Part shown: positions 11,699 to 24,168 of the stretch, in pieces
Position numbering within the stretch: the first letter of the stretch is position 1
How the letters are laid out: the number at the start of each line of letters is the position of its first letter
Source: Octopus sinensis
Taxonomy: Eukaryota
Direction of reading: 5' to 3'
Assembly: GCF_006345805.1 (NCBI RefSeq)
Contig: NW_021835871.1
Location: forward strand, 1 to 37,703
DNA length: 37,703 bases
Notes under the pieces: model-generated
What the model saw: only the letters and a program-made list of their open reading frames with translations
Databases searched by the model: none
Told to the model about the DNA's origin: nothing
Position numbers and translations under genes: made by a program

Positions 11699-11700
<2 letters not shown>
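11144..11700 (+). mobile_element. Element E copy 1: ~555-bp non-coding retroposon-like repeat with (TAA)n tail
   Basis: Begins tgctctgatgcagtaccaggc, ends ctctctcactc(aat)n; two further homologs in the window; embedded in (TAA)n. Confidence 0.85.
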
Positions 11701-11729
<29 letters not shown>

Positions 11730-11847
11730 TAATAATAATTAATAATAATATAATAATAATGATAATAATGATGATGATAATAATAATAATAATGATAATA
11801 ATGATAATAATAATGATTATAATAATAATAATAATAATAATAATAAC

Positions 11848-11920
<73 letters not shown>

Positions 11921-11939
11921 GTAATAATAATGGTTTCAA

Positions 11940-12110
11940 ATTTTGCTATAATGGCAGCAAGTTTAGGGGAGGTGATGAGTCGATTACATCGACCCCAGTG
12001 TTCAACTGGTACTTAATTTATCAGCCCCGAAAGGATGAAAGGCAAAGTCGACTTCGGCGGAATTTGAACTCCGAACCTAAAGACGAATCAAATACAGCTA
12101 AGCATTTTAT
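11940..12110 (-). mobile_element. SINE family A
   Basis: Reverse-complement core sequence. Confidence 0.8.
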
Positions 12111-12119
12111 CAAGCAAGG

Positions 12120-12265
12120 GTTGAACCAATTGTGATTGGAGGCCCAAGGGCTCCAACGATGAAAAGGGGTCGATGATGAAAAGCCTTCAGAAACACTTTG
12201 GCACAATTGGAATCTGTCCCAGTTTTACGACATTGCAAAAGACAATACTTTTGGGAACAGCAAAC
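12120..12265 (+). pseudogene. C-terminal fragment of an RLE-type non-LTR retrotransposon ORF (R4/Dong-like)
   Basis: VEPIVIGG, then after a frameshift KSLQKHFGTIGICPSFTTLQKTILLGTA; matches the PIVIGALG...L.KHL..IGI......LQK..LLGTA C-terminal pattern of R4-clade elements. Confidence 0.7.
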
Positions 12266-12445
12266 AACGCGCATTTTGTCCGTCTCTACATTCTGAGTTC
12301 AAATTCCACCGAGGTCGACTTTGCTTTTTACCCTTTCGGAGTCGATAAAATAAGTGGTACCAGTTGAATACTGGGGTTGATGTAATCAACTTCCACCACC
12401 CCTGAATAACTGCTGGCTTTGTTTGAAAATTTGAAATCATTATTA
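12266..12445 (+). mobile_element. SINE family A (5'-truncated)
   Basis: ttctgagttcaaattccaccgaggtcgactttgc core and tail ending in attatt. Confidence 0.8.
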
Positions 12446-12591
12446 AGTCGATAAATTATTTAACTTACATATTTGTGTATCGCATCATGCATTTTACACC
12501 CTTTTGTAACGCACGCTTTGTATGTATGAACCGGACCCTGTGGCAAATAAAAACATTATTATTATTATTGTTGTTGCTATTATTATTATTA

Positions 12592-12632
<41 letters not shown>

Positions 12633-12634
<2 letters not shown>

Positions 12635-13187
12635 GAATGAGAGAGCAGTGTATGCCATCAAAATGACACTGGAGTAAAATATACGAAGCCCAATATACCC
12701 ATCATGACTACCCGTCTGATAAGGGTACACCAGGCACATGCATCACAACCATATGTGCGCGACATGGTGATCTCATATCAAGGTAAAGAGCACATGATCT
12801 TGCAGGTGGGGCCCAGTTTGAATTTTCTTCTGGTCGAGTAGCCCATCCCGCTCAAAAGGTCCCTGAATAAGGATTGTTTAAAGATGTTGAACGAACCACC
12901 TATGTTTCCAAAAGTGAATTATCCAAACCCCAAAGAATCCCTCTCAACACATGGCTATGATGCTTCCCCACTACTTCTGCACATGATCAGAGATGCACAT
13001 ATCATCAGCCACTAAGGAACATGCTCAACTGGTTAAGGTCAAATAACTTACCAGCAAATCTGTGGTATTGAGCAGAATATTTGCTGTAGCTCATCTTTTA
13101 TACCAAGACAAAACGATGTACATGATAACACTTCCAATCAGTTAAGATCAGAAGTCACGAGAGCCACTGCCTGGTATTGCATCAGGG
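12633..13187 (-). mobile_element. Element E copy 2 (inverted relative to copy 1)
   Basis: Reverse complement of 11144-11700 along its length; (ATT)n on the left is its tail. Confidence 0.85.
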
Positions 13188-13369
13188 TATTATCATCATC
13201 ATCATCATCATCATCAATCATCATCATCATCATCTTTAAGGTTTCGAGCTGGGAGAACCCACTAAACACCTCCCCAAAATTTCCGGCCCTTGTGCCTATT
13301 GTAGAAAGGATTATTAAATCATCGTCGTCATCACCACCACCACCACCACCAACCACCACCACCACCACC

Positions 13370-13401
<32 letters not shown>

Positions 13402-13508
13402 TATTATTATCATTATTAATTACACTTGTTCACTGTCTGCTGCAATAATAATGCCAACTTTTTTTTTCTGTTTGATTATAGCGACAATCAAAACAGCAGC
13501 AAGTACAA

Positions 13509-13601
13509 GCACTAAAAAAAAAGGAAACAAAAGCACTAAAAAAAAAGCAACAAAAGCACTAAAAAAAAAGCAACAAAAGCACTAAAAAAAAAGCAAACAA
13601 A
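13509..13601. repeat. Four copies of a ~21-bp A-rich tandem repeat (agcactaaaaaaaaagcaacaaa)
   Basis: Direct reading. Confidence 0.85.
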
Positions 13602-14011
13602 ATTACAAACGAACATGTCTAGGTTTGAAATTCATACGACTAGACAGAATTGCATAACATCTCATTTTGTTTTATATGAAGACATGACACTAGACGGATC
13701 AGTCACACACACACACACACACATACATACATATAGATACATACAAAGATATACATACATACAAACGCACACGTACATACATATTATGTAACTACACACA
13801 CACACAGACGTGAGTGTGTGTTTGTGTGTTACACTGGACATGATAAAAAAAACTCTTCATTTTGTTGTTTTCTACGATTTTATAGTTTTTGTGACCAAGA
13901 TATATAGAATTACAACCTACGTGCATGCGTGCGTATATATGTATGTATATGAATGTATGTATGTATATGTGTGTATGTCTCTACACTCATATATATATAT
14001 GTATATATGTA

Positions 14012-14070
<59 letters not shown>

Positions 14071-14076
14071 ATTTAA

Positions 14077-14456
14077 ATACGAGCAAAACGCCACCCCCGT
14101 CCAATGGACAGTGCTGAGTTGTTAAACATTTAAACCAAATTTTCTCAAAACAACTTGCCCGCCCGTCCCGTAGGCCTCCCCTTTGAGAAACACTAAATTT
14201 GAGACACCAGCAAAAGAAGAAATAAAGATAGACTTTTTTTCTTTTCCAAGAAAAACGATTTTACAAATGCACATTCCCACGGCTTTATCGATCGCATTCT
14301 CAGCTGGGATCGATTTTTGTAATTTTTTTCAAGACTTATATACGCCCTGATACCGTTGGTATCTACATATCAAATTTGAGCGCCATCGGATGGAGGATGC
14401 CCGAGATCCTAGAAGACTCACACACAGACAGACAGAACGGATTTCATATAATAGAT
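14077..14456 (+). mobile_element. Putative non-autonomous Helitron/Helentron-like element
   Basis: 3' part tatcaaatttgagcgccatcgg...cacacagacagacagaacggatttcatataatagat has the layout of DINE-1/Lep1-like non-autonomous elements; adjoins (ATCT)n. Confidence 0.4.
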
Positions 14457-15114
14457 GTATATAGGCAGTAATTTTCTTTCGGTTAGTGTTATCAATATCA
14501 TCATTATCATCGTCGTCGCCATGGTCATCATAATCGTCATCACCGCCATCGTCACCATCATCACCATCCTTCTCCTACTCTTCCTCTTCGTCGTCTTTTT
14601 CGTCATCATTGCCGTCGTGGGGGTCGACGATGACACTGTAATGATGTTGAAGACAACCAGCCATTGAAGCTGAGGGAGGCGGCACCGTTCTAAAAGAATA
14701 TGAGGGCTGTGACATGAGCGAAGAATAAGGCAGAAAATTCGGTGAGTTTTGCAGCCCAGCACCAAGGGAGGCAGCTCTATGCCACCGGCCAGCATCCTAT
14801 GGTATTGAACCGACGGACTGCGTAAGTAACTTGGTGGGGTGGGGTTGGTACTGATCGAAGCTTCAGGGGGAGAGAATTTGGTACAAGATTATGGGACAGG
14901 CTGAACAGTCACCTAGAAACGAGCCAGGAGGAGATTATCCTTGAAAAGACGAATAGAGGTGGAGAACACATCTGAGCATTTAATCTTGTTTCTGTTGGCC
15001 GCTCAGACTAAATCGCCTCCTTTTTCATTGTTTAAGGGTTTAAGGAAGGAATGCTTCTTATGGTCAAAATGTCCATCTACTGTTAACATGCTCTTGACCA
15101 AAGGTTGTAAACCT

Positions 15115-15212
15115 TTAAAAAATCTATGGGTCCTCTTTTTAAAAAAAAATCTATGGACCCATTTTTTAAAAAAAATCTATGGCCCCATTTAAAAAAAATC
15201 TATGGGCCCCAT
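15115..15212. repeat. Four copies of a ~25-bp tandem repeat (aaaaaaatctatgggccccattt)
   Basis: Direct reading. Confidence 0.8.
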
Positions 15213-15224
15213 TATTCTTTATTT

Positions 15225-15450
15225 TTCATCTTTTACTTGTTTCGGTCAATTGACAGCGGCCATGCTGGGGCGCCGTCTTAAGGAATTTTTAGTCGAATGA
15301 ATCGACCCCAGGAATATTATTTTTTAAAACCTGGTACTTATTCTATCGGTACCTATTGCCGAACTGTTAAGTTATGGGGACGTAAACATACCAGCACTCG
15401 TTGTCGAGCGGTAATAGGGGACAAACATAGGCACAAACACACACGCGCAC
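15225..15450 (-). mobile_element. SINE family C 3' half
   Basis: ttttacttgtttcggtcaattgacagcggccatgctggggc is the reverse-complement family C tail. Confidence 0.75.
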
Positions 15451-16059
15451 GTGAATGTGTGGGTTTCATAGCTAAAACTTTCTAATATTAAAATTTATTT
15501 CAATTAAGATAATATTAGGTATTTTTCTCGCTTGTTAAAATAATTATTTAGAATGAGCTCTTTCATCTCCTTTGTATATATTCTCTCTCTCTCTCCCCTT
15601 TTTCTCTCTCTTTCCCTTTCTCTCTCCTGCAACCGTTGATTTGAAATATGTCAACAGGAACGATACGACATCAATTTTAGTAGCCTTCGAGGGTCTACAA
15701 AAACCGCTAAGCGAAAATCAGGACTTGAGGACTTGGCATCTGGAATATTCACTGTCGTTCACAGTCATCTAATATTTGGAATATGTGACCGGTAGAACTT
15801 CCATGTTAGCAGTCTTTGGTAGACTAGTGGCGGGGAAAGAGCGACGATGTCAAAGAAAATATTGGCATCGACGAGAAACACTAGCTGTTTGTTACAGGTT
15901 TTCGACCTGGGGTGGGTAGGTATACGTACAACTTGTAGAAATCCTTAACCTGGCAATGACACCGGAAGAAAGGCATTGCTAGCTAGAGATAAACTCTACA
16001 GTTATGGAAGAGGGGTCAGTCGGGCTTGTCCGAAAGAGGCTTGTCCGAAACTGCTCGGA

Positions 16060-16199
16060 AGACAAACTCAGCCCAAGTTGACTTTGCCTTTCAGCCTTTC
16101 GAGGCAGATAAAAATAAAGTACCAGTCATGTACTTGGGCGACGTAATCGACTTGCCCCTCCACCCAAAAACTGCTAACCTTGTGCCAAAATTACAAAGA

Positions 16200-16253
<54 letters not shown>

Positions 16254-16430
16254 GGTGAACCGGCAGAGTCGTTAAGCACGGTGGGCGAAATGCTTAGCGG
16301 AGGTCGACTTTGCCTTTCATCCTTTCGGGGTCGATAAATTAAGTACCAGTTGAGTGCTGGGGTCGATGTGATCAACTGTCCCCATTCCTAGAAAACCTAG
16401 GCCTTGTGCCTATAGTAGAAAGGATTATTA
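16060..16430 (+). mobile_element. Two tandem SINE family A fragments with (ATT)n tails
   Basis: Cores at ~16075 and ~16300, each followed by ttgtgcc...aag(att)n. Confidence 0.75.
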
Positions 16431-16776
16431 TATTATTATTTTATATTATTATTATTATTATTATATTATTATTATCATTATTATTATTATCATATTATTA
16501 TTATCATTATTATTATTATTATTATATTATATTATTATTATTATTATTATTATTATCGCCGCCGTCGTCATCACTAGCATCATTATTATATTTTGTCTAA
16601 TTAAAGTCGCTTGAGATTGTACAACCGTCCAAATCACTGTGGCCTATAGCAGTAATGCAATGTCTATGACAAGAAAAATATATCGAAGTCAGAAAAAAAT
16701 CCTATTTAATATAGACTATATGACATTGATTGATTGAGAAGAAAAGAAAATAGTTTGTTTGTGTGTATGTGTGTGT

Positions 16777-16816
<40 letters not shown>

Positions 16817-17181
16817 AGGGGAGAGAAAAGGAAGAAAGAAGGAGTAAAGGGAGAGAAGACCCAAAGAGAAATGGGACGGAGGGAAAAGAAAGGTTACAAA
16901 GAGGAATGATACATAAGAGAGAAAAGTGATGAAGTTTTAAAGAAATTGCAGAGTAATGGAAGGTGCAGAAAGAACGCAGCAGTAGTAACAGTAACAACAA
17001 CATAGAGAACGGTACTGAAGAATGTGAAGAGAAAGAGGCAGCGAAAGAGATGAAAGGCGGTAAAGATGGCACAGTGATACTGAAAGAGAAAAATGATGAA
17101 ATGATGAAGTGGTGAAGTGATGAAATGGTAAAGAAATTACAAAATTATGGAAGGTGCAGAAAGAAAAGAGCAGCAGTAGCA

Positions 17182-17514
17182 GTGGAGGCGCAATGGCCCA
17201 GTGGTTAAGGCAGCGGACTCGCGGTCGGAGGATCGCGGTTTCGATTCCCAGACCGGGCGTTCTGTGTGTTTATTGAGCGAAAACACCTATAGCTCCACGA
17301 GGCTCCGGCAGGGGGTGGTGGCGACCCCTCTTGTACTCTTTCGCTCCAACTTTCTCTCACTCTTTCTTCCTGTTTCTTGTCCCCGACTTCCTACGCAACC
17401 GCTGAGCCTGGATGCGCATTCATCCATCCGTCGATGCTCTCTTCTGCGGGTCTTACGAATAGCAAAGGACCACGTTTCTGACTTCTCCCATCTTGCGAGC
17501 TCTGGGACAGCAAC
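17182..17514 (+). mobile_element. SINE with family D head and a distinct third tail type; 13-bp TSD
   Basis: gtggaggcgcaatggcccagtggttaaggcagcggactcgcggtc...tttcgattccc (tRNA-like); TSD agcagcagtagca at 17169-17181 and 17515-17527. Confidence 0.85.
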
Positions 17515-18404
17515 AGCAGCAGTAGCAACAACAACAACAACATAGAGAACGGTGCTGAGCAACGTGAAGAAAAAGAGGCATTTAAAGAGATGAAAGAAGG
17601 GTGGGAAAAGAGAAAAGGTTGTGTATGAGATGAGGACTGAAACAGAAAGGAAAATGTGACTGTAAAGAAATAATAGATATGGTATAAAAAAAAACGATAA
17701 GTAAATTTTAAATAGAGATAAGGGAAATAACTCAAGTGGGCTAATAGCATTTTATAGCATAAATAAGATAAGGAGTGATGTATTGAAAGGCGTAAATAAG
17801 AAATCCCTCAGTTGAGATTTCCGTTTTATACGGGGGTAAGAAAACAAATGCCTAATGGTAAATTGTTAGCGCCTCTTATAGAAAAGGAGAGGCAATTTCT
17901 CGATATTAAAATAATTAATTTCTTAGACCTAATATGCATAATTCAGAAACATCTGATCTCCGTTAGAGAAACAATAAAGTATGAAAGATGAGTTTTGTAT
18001 GCTACGAGAAAGAGAAATAAACAGTGATAAAGGAGGAATGAAGTGCACGCCATTACTATTAAACTATTAAATTGCAGTTATGTTAATGTCAACATTTAAT
18101 TTTTAATTAATTTATTTTGATTAAGCTAATTCTTTTATTAGTTTGCTTTGTTCTTTCTACAAGAACGAGTTGTGCTCATGGCCATCGCTGCCTTGCGAGA
18201 CCGGCGTTGTTACTTACCATTAACGCCTCGCTCAAAATTTTGCAAAAATAAACAAATAAATGAATAAAATATGTGTGGCGAGAGAATTCGGAAAACGTTA
18301 GAAGAGTCATTCATGGTATTCACAGACCTTCGAAGACTGGTGAAATTGATGTCGCTTACGATTCAATAAACCTATCGCAAATCAACGGTTGTTGGAGAGA
18401 AGGG

Positions 18405-18452
<48 letters not shown>

Positions 18453-19318
18453 AGAGAAAATATGCAGAGAAGATTAAATAATTATACGAAAAAAAATGAG
18501 TGAAATCCCTAATATTTTTTTAATTGAAATAAATTTTAATATTAGAGAGCCTTAGCTATGACAAAAAAATCAAAATAGGAGGGGAGTTGCTTGACAAATA
18601 GTTTTATGATTTGTTGATCACCCCGGAGTTGTTCACAAACTCTTTCATCAATTGGTAGCATAGAGTATTCAATATCTGTATAAACCAGCCAGATATTAAA
18701 CTATTACCACTGTATTGGGCATAAAATATACAGTGATTATTTTGAATTATTTTGACAAGAGCAATAGATAACTTCTGACGGGTTTCGGTTTTATTGCGGC
18801 TTCATTAGGGAAGCATAGACGTTCTCTCGACATCGATCACACGCGTCTGACTCGGGTTCAGAAGTTACAGCCTGAGTTGTTATCTATAATCGTAAAAAAG
18901 TAATTCAAATTCAATGTTTTCTTGAAACAATAAATTTCTACAGAGATTAGGATTTAAACTCCAATCTATGAAAAGTTTCCGTTCTTCAATATTCTTAAAG
19001 GAACGAAAAATTATGCAGCAACTCGGGCTGATACGAACGAGTCTGGTTGATGAAAAAAGACTAGCATTTCTTGTCAAGAGTACAGGCGACAGTCAGATCG
19101 CTGATGTTTGTTGTGTACTCCGCTGTTGTTATCTTATTGCTGTTATTCTGTGCGTCTGTGTGTAAAAGATCAGTTGTGTTTTTGCAGGGTTGCTTTATTT
19201 TTACTCTTAACTTAGAAATGGAGTAAGACATAGAGCTAGATATAAAAAAATAAGCCATTTGGGGCAAAATCTGTGATGAGCCCGATTGACGCTGATGACC
19301 TGAAGTCGCCTCCGATGC

Positions 19319-19350
<32 letters not shown>

Positions 19351-19803
19351 TAATATATATATATAGTATATATATATGTATGCATGTATATATACATATA
19401 TGTATGTATGCATCTATCTATATATATTTGTATGTATGCGTCTATCTATATATGTATGTATATATATATGTATATATGTACGTATGTATGTGTGTATATA
19501 TGGAAAATGATTAGTAGACATTCATTGATAATGACGAAGATGATGATGAAGAAGATGATGTTGATCATGGTGATGATGATGACGATGATGATGATGACGA
19601 TGATGATTACGATGACGATGATGAATTTGATGAAGATGATGATGATAATGATGATGATGATGAGGATGAGGATGATGATGATGATGATTATACAGCGGTT
19701 AAGTTTAATGCTAAAGAAATCAAGATGAAGAGACGAAATCGATTATGTTTAGAAGATGAAAGGCTATTTATTGATTTTGAATATAGTTGTTTGATTGGAT
19801 TAG

Positions 19804-19870
19804 ATGTCGCCTCTCGGTTCATTGGCCGCAAGATCGTCCCGCATCACTGGGCAATAGCGGAATATTACCG
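19804..19870 (+). CDS. Candidate isolated internal exon (67 nt)
   Basis: GC-rich island in AT-rich DNA, bounded by ttggattag| and CCG|gtaaag; open frame xVASRFIGRKIVPHHWAIAEYY. The acceptor is weak and no homology is recognised. Confidence 0.3.
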
Positions 19871-19988
19871 GTAAAGCCACAAAACTATTTACTTTATTAT
19901 ACACTATAAAGGAAACGAAGGACTAAGAGGTGTTTGACCCGCAGCGTAGAGCTTTCAGAATATATTACATAGCAATAAGGCGTTAGGT

Positions 19989-20100
19989 CAGCGGTTCTCA
20001 GCAGGGGTTCATATGACCTCCGGGGGCGGGGGGGGGGTCCTTATGATCCTTTGTGAGGTTCACGTAAGCAAAATAGTAAATTGGGGACACAGTAGTATTT
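19989..20100 (+). mobile_element. hAT MITE 5' fragment (same family as 3881-4134)
   Basis: Starts cagcggttctcagc (Charlie-type TIR), then ggttcatatgacctccggggg. Confidence 0.5.
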
Positions 20101-20280
20101 TTCTTTTATTCTTTTACTTGTTTCAGTCATTTGACTACGGCCATGCTGGAGCACCACTCTAAAGGGTGTCAGTCGAAGAAATCCACCCCGGGAATTATTC
20201 TTTGTAAGCCTAGTACTTATTATATCAGTGTGATTTGCCGAATCACTAAGTTACGGGGGGACATAAACACACAAAACCAT
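20101..20280 (-). mobile_element. SINE family C 3' half
   Basis: cttttacttgtttcagtcatttgactacggccatgctggagcacc. Confidence 0.8.
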
Positions 20281-20640
20281 CGAATGGCAATGGTAAAAAA
20301 TCTGAATTCAGGTAAAAAAAAATGATCGAGGACCACTGTGTTAGATTAAAGGTAGGAGTTAGCTTCAGTTCTCCTGTAAGAATATGTAAGTCCTGGCGAC
20401 AGGAAACAACAAACGATCGGTGTATCATTTCGGATTCAGGGGACAAACTGAGGTAACTTACTTGTTAAGATTGGCGGAAGGGATATTGACCCTTTGGGGT
20501 TTTGAAGGGAACTTGTAACTTAACAAGAGCAGCAGCAGTACCTGCTGTTATGTTAAACAAATAAGAGACAGCCACCTCGTGGCTACTTAAAGTGTTAGAG
20601 ACAGGACAGTATAAAGGATAAAAATCCTTTCCAAGTTATA

Positions 20641-20876
20641 TAGAGTCATAGGACCGGTTTTCCGGTTTCCTGGTTTCTGTAGCGTATATATTCACCCCTG
20701 GATTGGACGCCCGTCCGTCGTGAGATTACGCAATTTTTGCCAGCTGTGTGGACTGTAGCAACGTGAAATGAAATGTTTTGCTCAAAGAACACAACGCGTC
20801 ACCCGTTCCAGGAATCGAAACCACAATCTTACGACCACGAGTCCAACACCCTAACCACAAAGCCACGCGCCTCCAC
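20641..20876 (-). mobile_element. Chimeric SINE: family B head plus family D tail
   Basis: Minus strand: gtggaggcgcgtggctttgtggttagggtgttggactc...ccacacagctggcaaaaa, then gacgggcgtccaatccagggg...gaaaccaggaaaccgg. Confidence 0.75.
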
Positions 20877-21350
20877 ATTGTTGGAAATAGTACACCGTCC
20901 TTCCTCAAATCATATACTACTCTCTTGAAAAAATAAGAATAAAGCATGAGATAAAAATGACCCTAGATATATTATGTACATGTATACGGAAATAATAAAA
21001 ATAAAGGAAAGGTGATCATGAATGTGACCCTGGGCTAAACGACAACACTCGCCAATTCTGTAATAGCCATATTGTTACAATAATTCGTAGCAACAGAAGT
21101 GTTGGTATGTCTCCTTTCTTTCTTTTATCGCCATAAAGTTTTGTCTGGTTTTCAAATATTAAATGTTTAAACACTGCCTTCTACTCGTTTCAACTAGTTT
21201 GACTGGTTAGAAACATTTACTAACACCTCTCATTCGCAATGTCTCCTTCAAATTCTTCAGGGTAAAAATAAAATAAAGTAAAACAAAATAAAAGCCAAAC
21301 CTGTTTTGCTTCCTGGTGGATTACAATTTGTTACATATACGAAAGGGAAT

Positions 21351-21672
21351 GGAATGCTCGAGGCGTAGTGGTTAGGTTATTCGGCTCGCAATATTAAGGT
21401 TGTCAGTTCAATTCTCGGCGGCATGTTTTGTCCTTGAGCAAGACACGTTACTTCACGTTGATCCTGTCCACTCAGCTGGCAAAAATGTGTAGTACCTGTA
21501 ATATTCACAGGGAGAAGCCTTGTCACACCCTGTGTCACGCTGAATCTCCCTGAGAACTACGTTAAGGGTACACGTGTCTGTGGAGTACTTAGCCATTTGC
21601 TCGTTAATTTCACGACCAGACTGTTCCGTTGATTGGATCAACTGGAACGCTCGTCGTCGTTAGCGACGGAGA
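21351..21672 (+). mobile_element. SINE family B
   Basis: Head, centre and tail as in the other family B copies. Confidence 0.85.
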
Positions 21673-21984
21673 CGTGTATATATAAAGGACGGCTCAGAGA
21701 AGGTACGAGTTTTATTTGCGAGGAACACAGCTCAAGAAAATCTAACTCCATAATCTCTAGTTTCTAATAGCAACGAATAATTGATAATTTTTTTTGCGAG
21801 CTAACCAGAGAACTTGTACGTGGTTGCATAGAAATAAATGTGTCTTCATGAAAAAAAAAAAAAAAAAAAACGAAAGGAAGGAATGCAGCATTGGAAAATG
21901 TAGTCTTAGAACACCACACCTGAAGATAAGACGTGATGATCACTTCTAGAATGTCTCTGATTATAGGTCTAAGCTTGGTCATTC

Positions 21985-22670
21985 AAATCTGAATTCAATT
22001 CCGCCGAGATCGAATTTGCCTTTTATCCTTTCGGGATCGATAAATTAAGTACCAGTTACGTACTAGGGTCGATCTAATCGACTGGTATCTCTCCCCCAAA
22101 ATTTCGGGCCTTGTGCCTAGAGTAGAAAAGAAACTATCCAGTATATGACTGCTATTTATTTTGGAGTGCTCGGTGAGAAGGAAAGCAATGTTGGGTCTGG
22201 TATGATTTGAACTCAGAAAGTAAAAAGACAGGACTAAATATCCTTTTTGCTATAGACACAAGGACTGAATTTTTGTGGGGAAGGGGCCAGTCGATTATAT
22301 CGACAACAGTGCTCAACTGTTAATTATTTCATCGAACCCGAAAGGGATGAAAGACAAAGTCGACCTCGGTAAAAAGTTGATCTCCCAGCGTGAAAACGGA
22401 CAAAATACCTATTTCTTTACTACCCACAAGGGGCTAAACACAGAGAGGACAAACCAGGACAAACAAACGGATTAAGTCGATTATATCGACCCCAGTGCGT
22501 AACTGGTACTTAATTTATCGACCTCGAAAGGATGAAAGGCAAAGTCGACCTCGGTCGAATTTGAACTCAGAACGTAGCGGTAGACGAAATACGGCTACGC
22601 ATTTCGCCCGGCGTGCTAACGATTCCGCCAGACAAAAAAAGGGAAACAAATTGAAGGATGAAGAAAAGCC

Positions 22671-22709
<39 letters not shown>

Positions 22710-22865
22710 GCCTTTCTACTGTAGGCACAAGGCCTGAAATTTGGGGGAGGGGCAGTCGATTAGATCGACCTCAGTATGCAACTGGTACTTAAGGATGAAA
22801 GGCAAAGTCAACCGCGGCGGAATTTGAACTCAGAACGTAAAGACAGACGAAATACCACTAAGAAT
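21985..22865. mobile_element. SINE family A cluster: one + copy (21985-22130) and three - copies (22245-22380, 22410-22632, 22708-22865)
   Basis: Family A core in each copy. Confidence 0.85.
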
Positions 22866-23184
22866 TCTCACTTCGGCTCTAACTCACTAAGTCAAGCTGG
22901 GATATAATTATGGGTGTGTCATTAAGACGCTTGCTTAGCAATCTTGTGGTTCAGAGTTCGATTTCACAACGTGGACCTTTGATAATTGTCTTCTGTCACA
23001 GTTTCAGCCCCATACGTGCTCTATGAGTGAAAATGGGTAGATGGAGACAGTGTGGAAGCTTATTGATTGTACTTTGCTTATACTTAAGCGGCGCTGGAGT
23101 AGACTTCAAGAAACAACAAGGAAAACAAAAAAAAAGTCTTTTCTTGGGAAAACACGAATTACAAAACTAAAGTTAAATTTTTAC

Positions 23185-23520
23185 CATACCACGATTACTA
23201 CCACCAACCACCTCCTATATTACTACTACCAACACCACCAACACCACCACCACCACCAACACCACCACCATCACTACTACCAATACTACTACTACTACTA
23301 CTACTACTACTACACTACTACTAGTAGTACTGCTGCTGCTGCTGATTCGGCTGCTGCTACTACTACTACTACTACTACTAATACTGTCACCAGCACCAGT
23401 ACCATCATCACCGTCAGTACCACCACCATCAACAACAACAACAGCAACCATTACTACTACTACAACCACCACCACCACCATCACTACTACTCCCTCAACA
23501 CCATTGCCACGACCACTATC
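23185..23520. repeat. Compound (CAC)n/(TAC)n/(CTG)n trinucleotide tract
   Basis: Direct reading; source of the H/Y/T-rich ORF 23041-23586. Confidence 0.9.
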
Positions 23521-23620
23521 ACGACCCCGTCTCTCATAGTTCCGCTTGTACCACTGTTCCCACGGCTAAGCATATCTCATATTTGACACTCACCAAGTTT
23601 AACACGAACGCTTTAGTGGT

Positions 23621-23691
<71 letters not shown>

Positions 23692-23905
23692 ATATTATAT
23701 ATATATATATCCCCATAAGCTGACATGTTGTACACATGCCTGACCACATTAAAACTTTCCTATTATGTCTGGTAATAGCTATTGTTTGGCAACTTGTAGA
23801 TATTTGCATATTGCGCCCAAGTCATAATACGTAAATATACAATATGCGTACATTGCATACAAACACACACACACACACACACACCCACACACACACACAC
23901 ACACC

Positions 23906-23949
<44 letters not shown>

Positions 23950-24136
23950 CATACCACATATATACATAGCACATATATACGTATATACATACCACAAAAC
24001 ACAAGCAAGTATCATCCTTTTCTCCATATATATATGTATGTATATATATATATCCAATCACACATACCTTTATATATATATATGTATATATATGTGCGCG
24101 CGTGTGTGTATATATATACATACATACATACATACA

Positions 24137-24168
<32 letters not shown>

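Noticed and set aside
14700-14960. GC-rich segment with gcag|...|gtaagt as an exon
   Set aside because: Peptides unrecognisable; more likely an unclassified repeat fragment, which I could not assign.
15572-15990. ORF/exon after a polypyrimidine tract
   Set aside because: No frame gives a recognisable protein and there is no good donor site.
17182-17260. tRNA gene (also similar heads at 9640-9712, 32860-32930 and others)
   Set aside because: A/B-box-like sequence continues directly into SINE body, and TSDs flank the whole unit; these are SINE heads, not stand-alone tRNAs.
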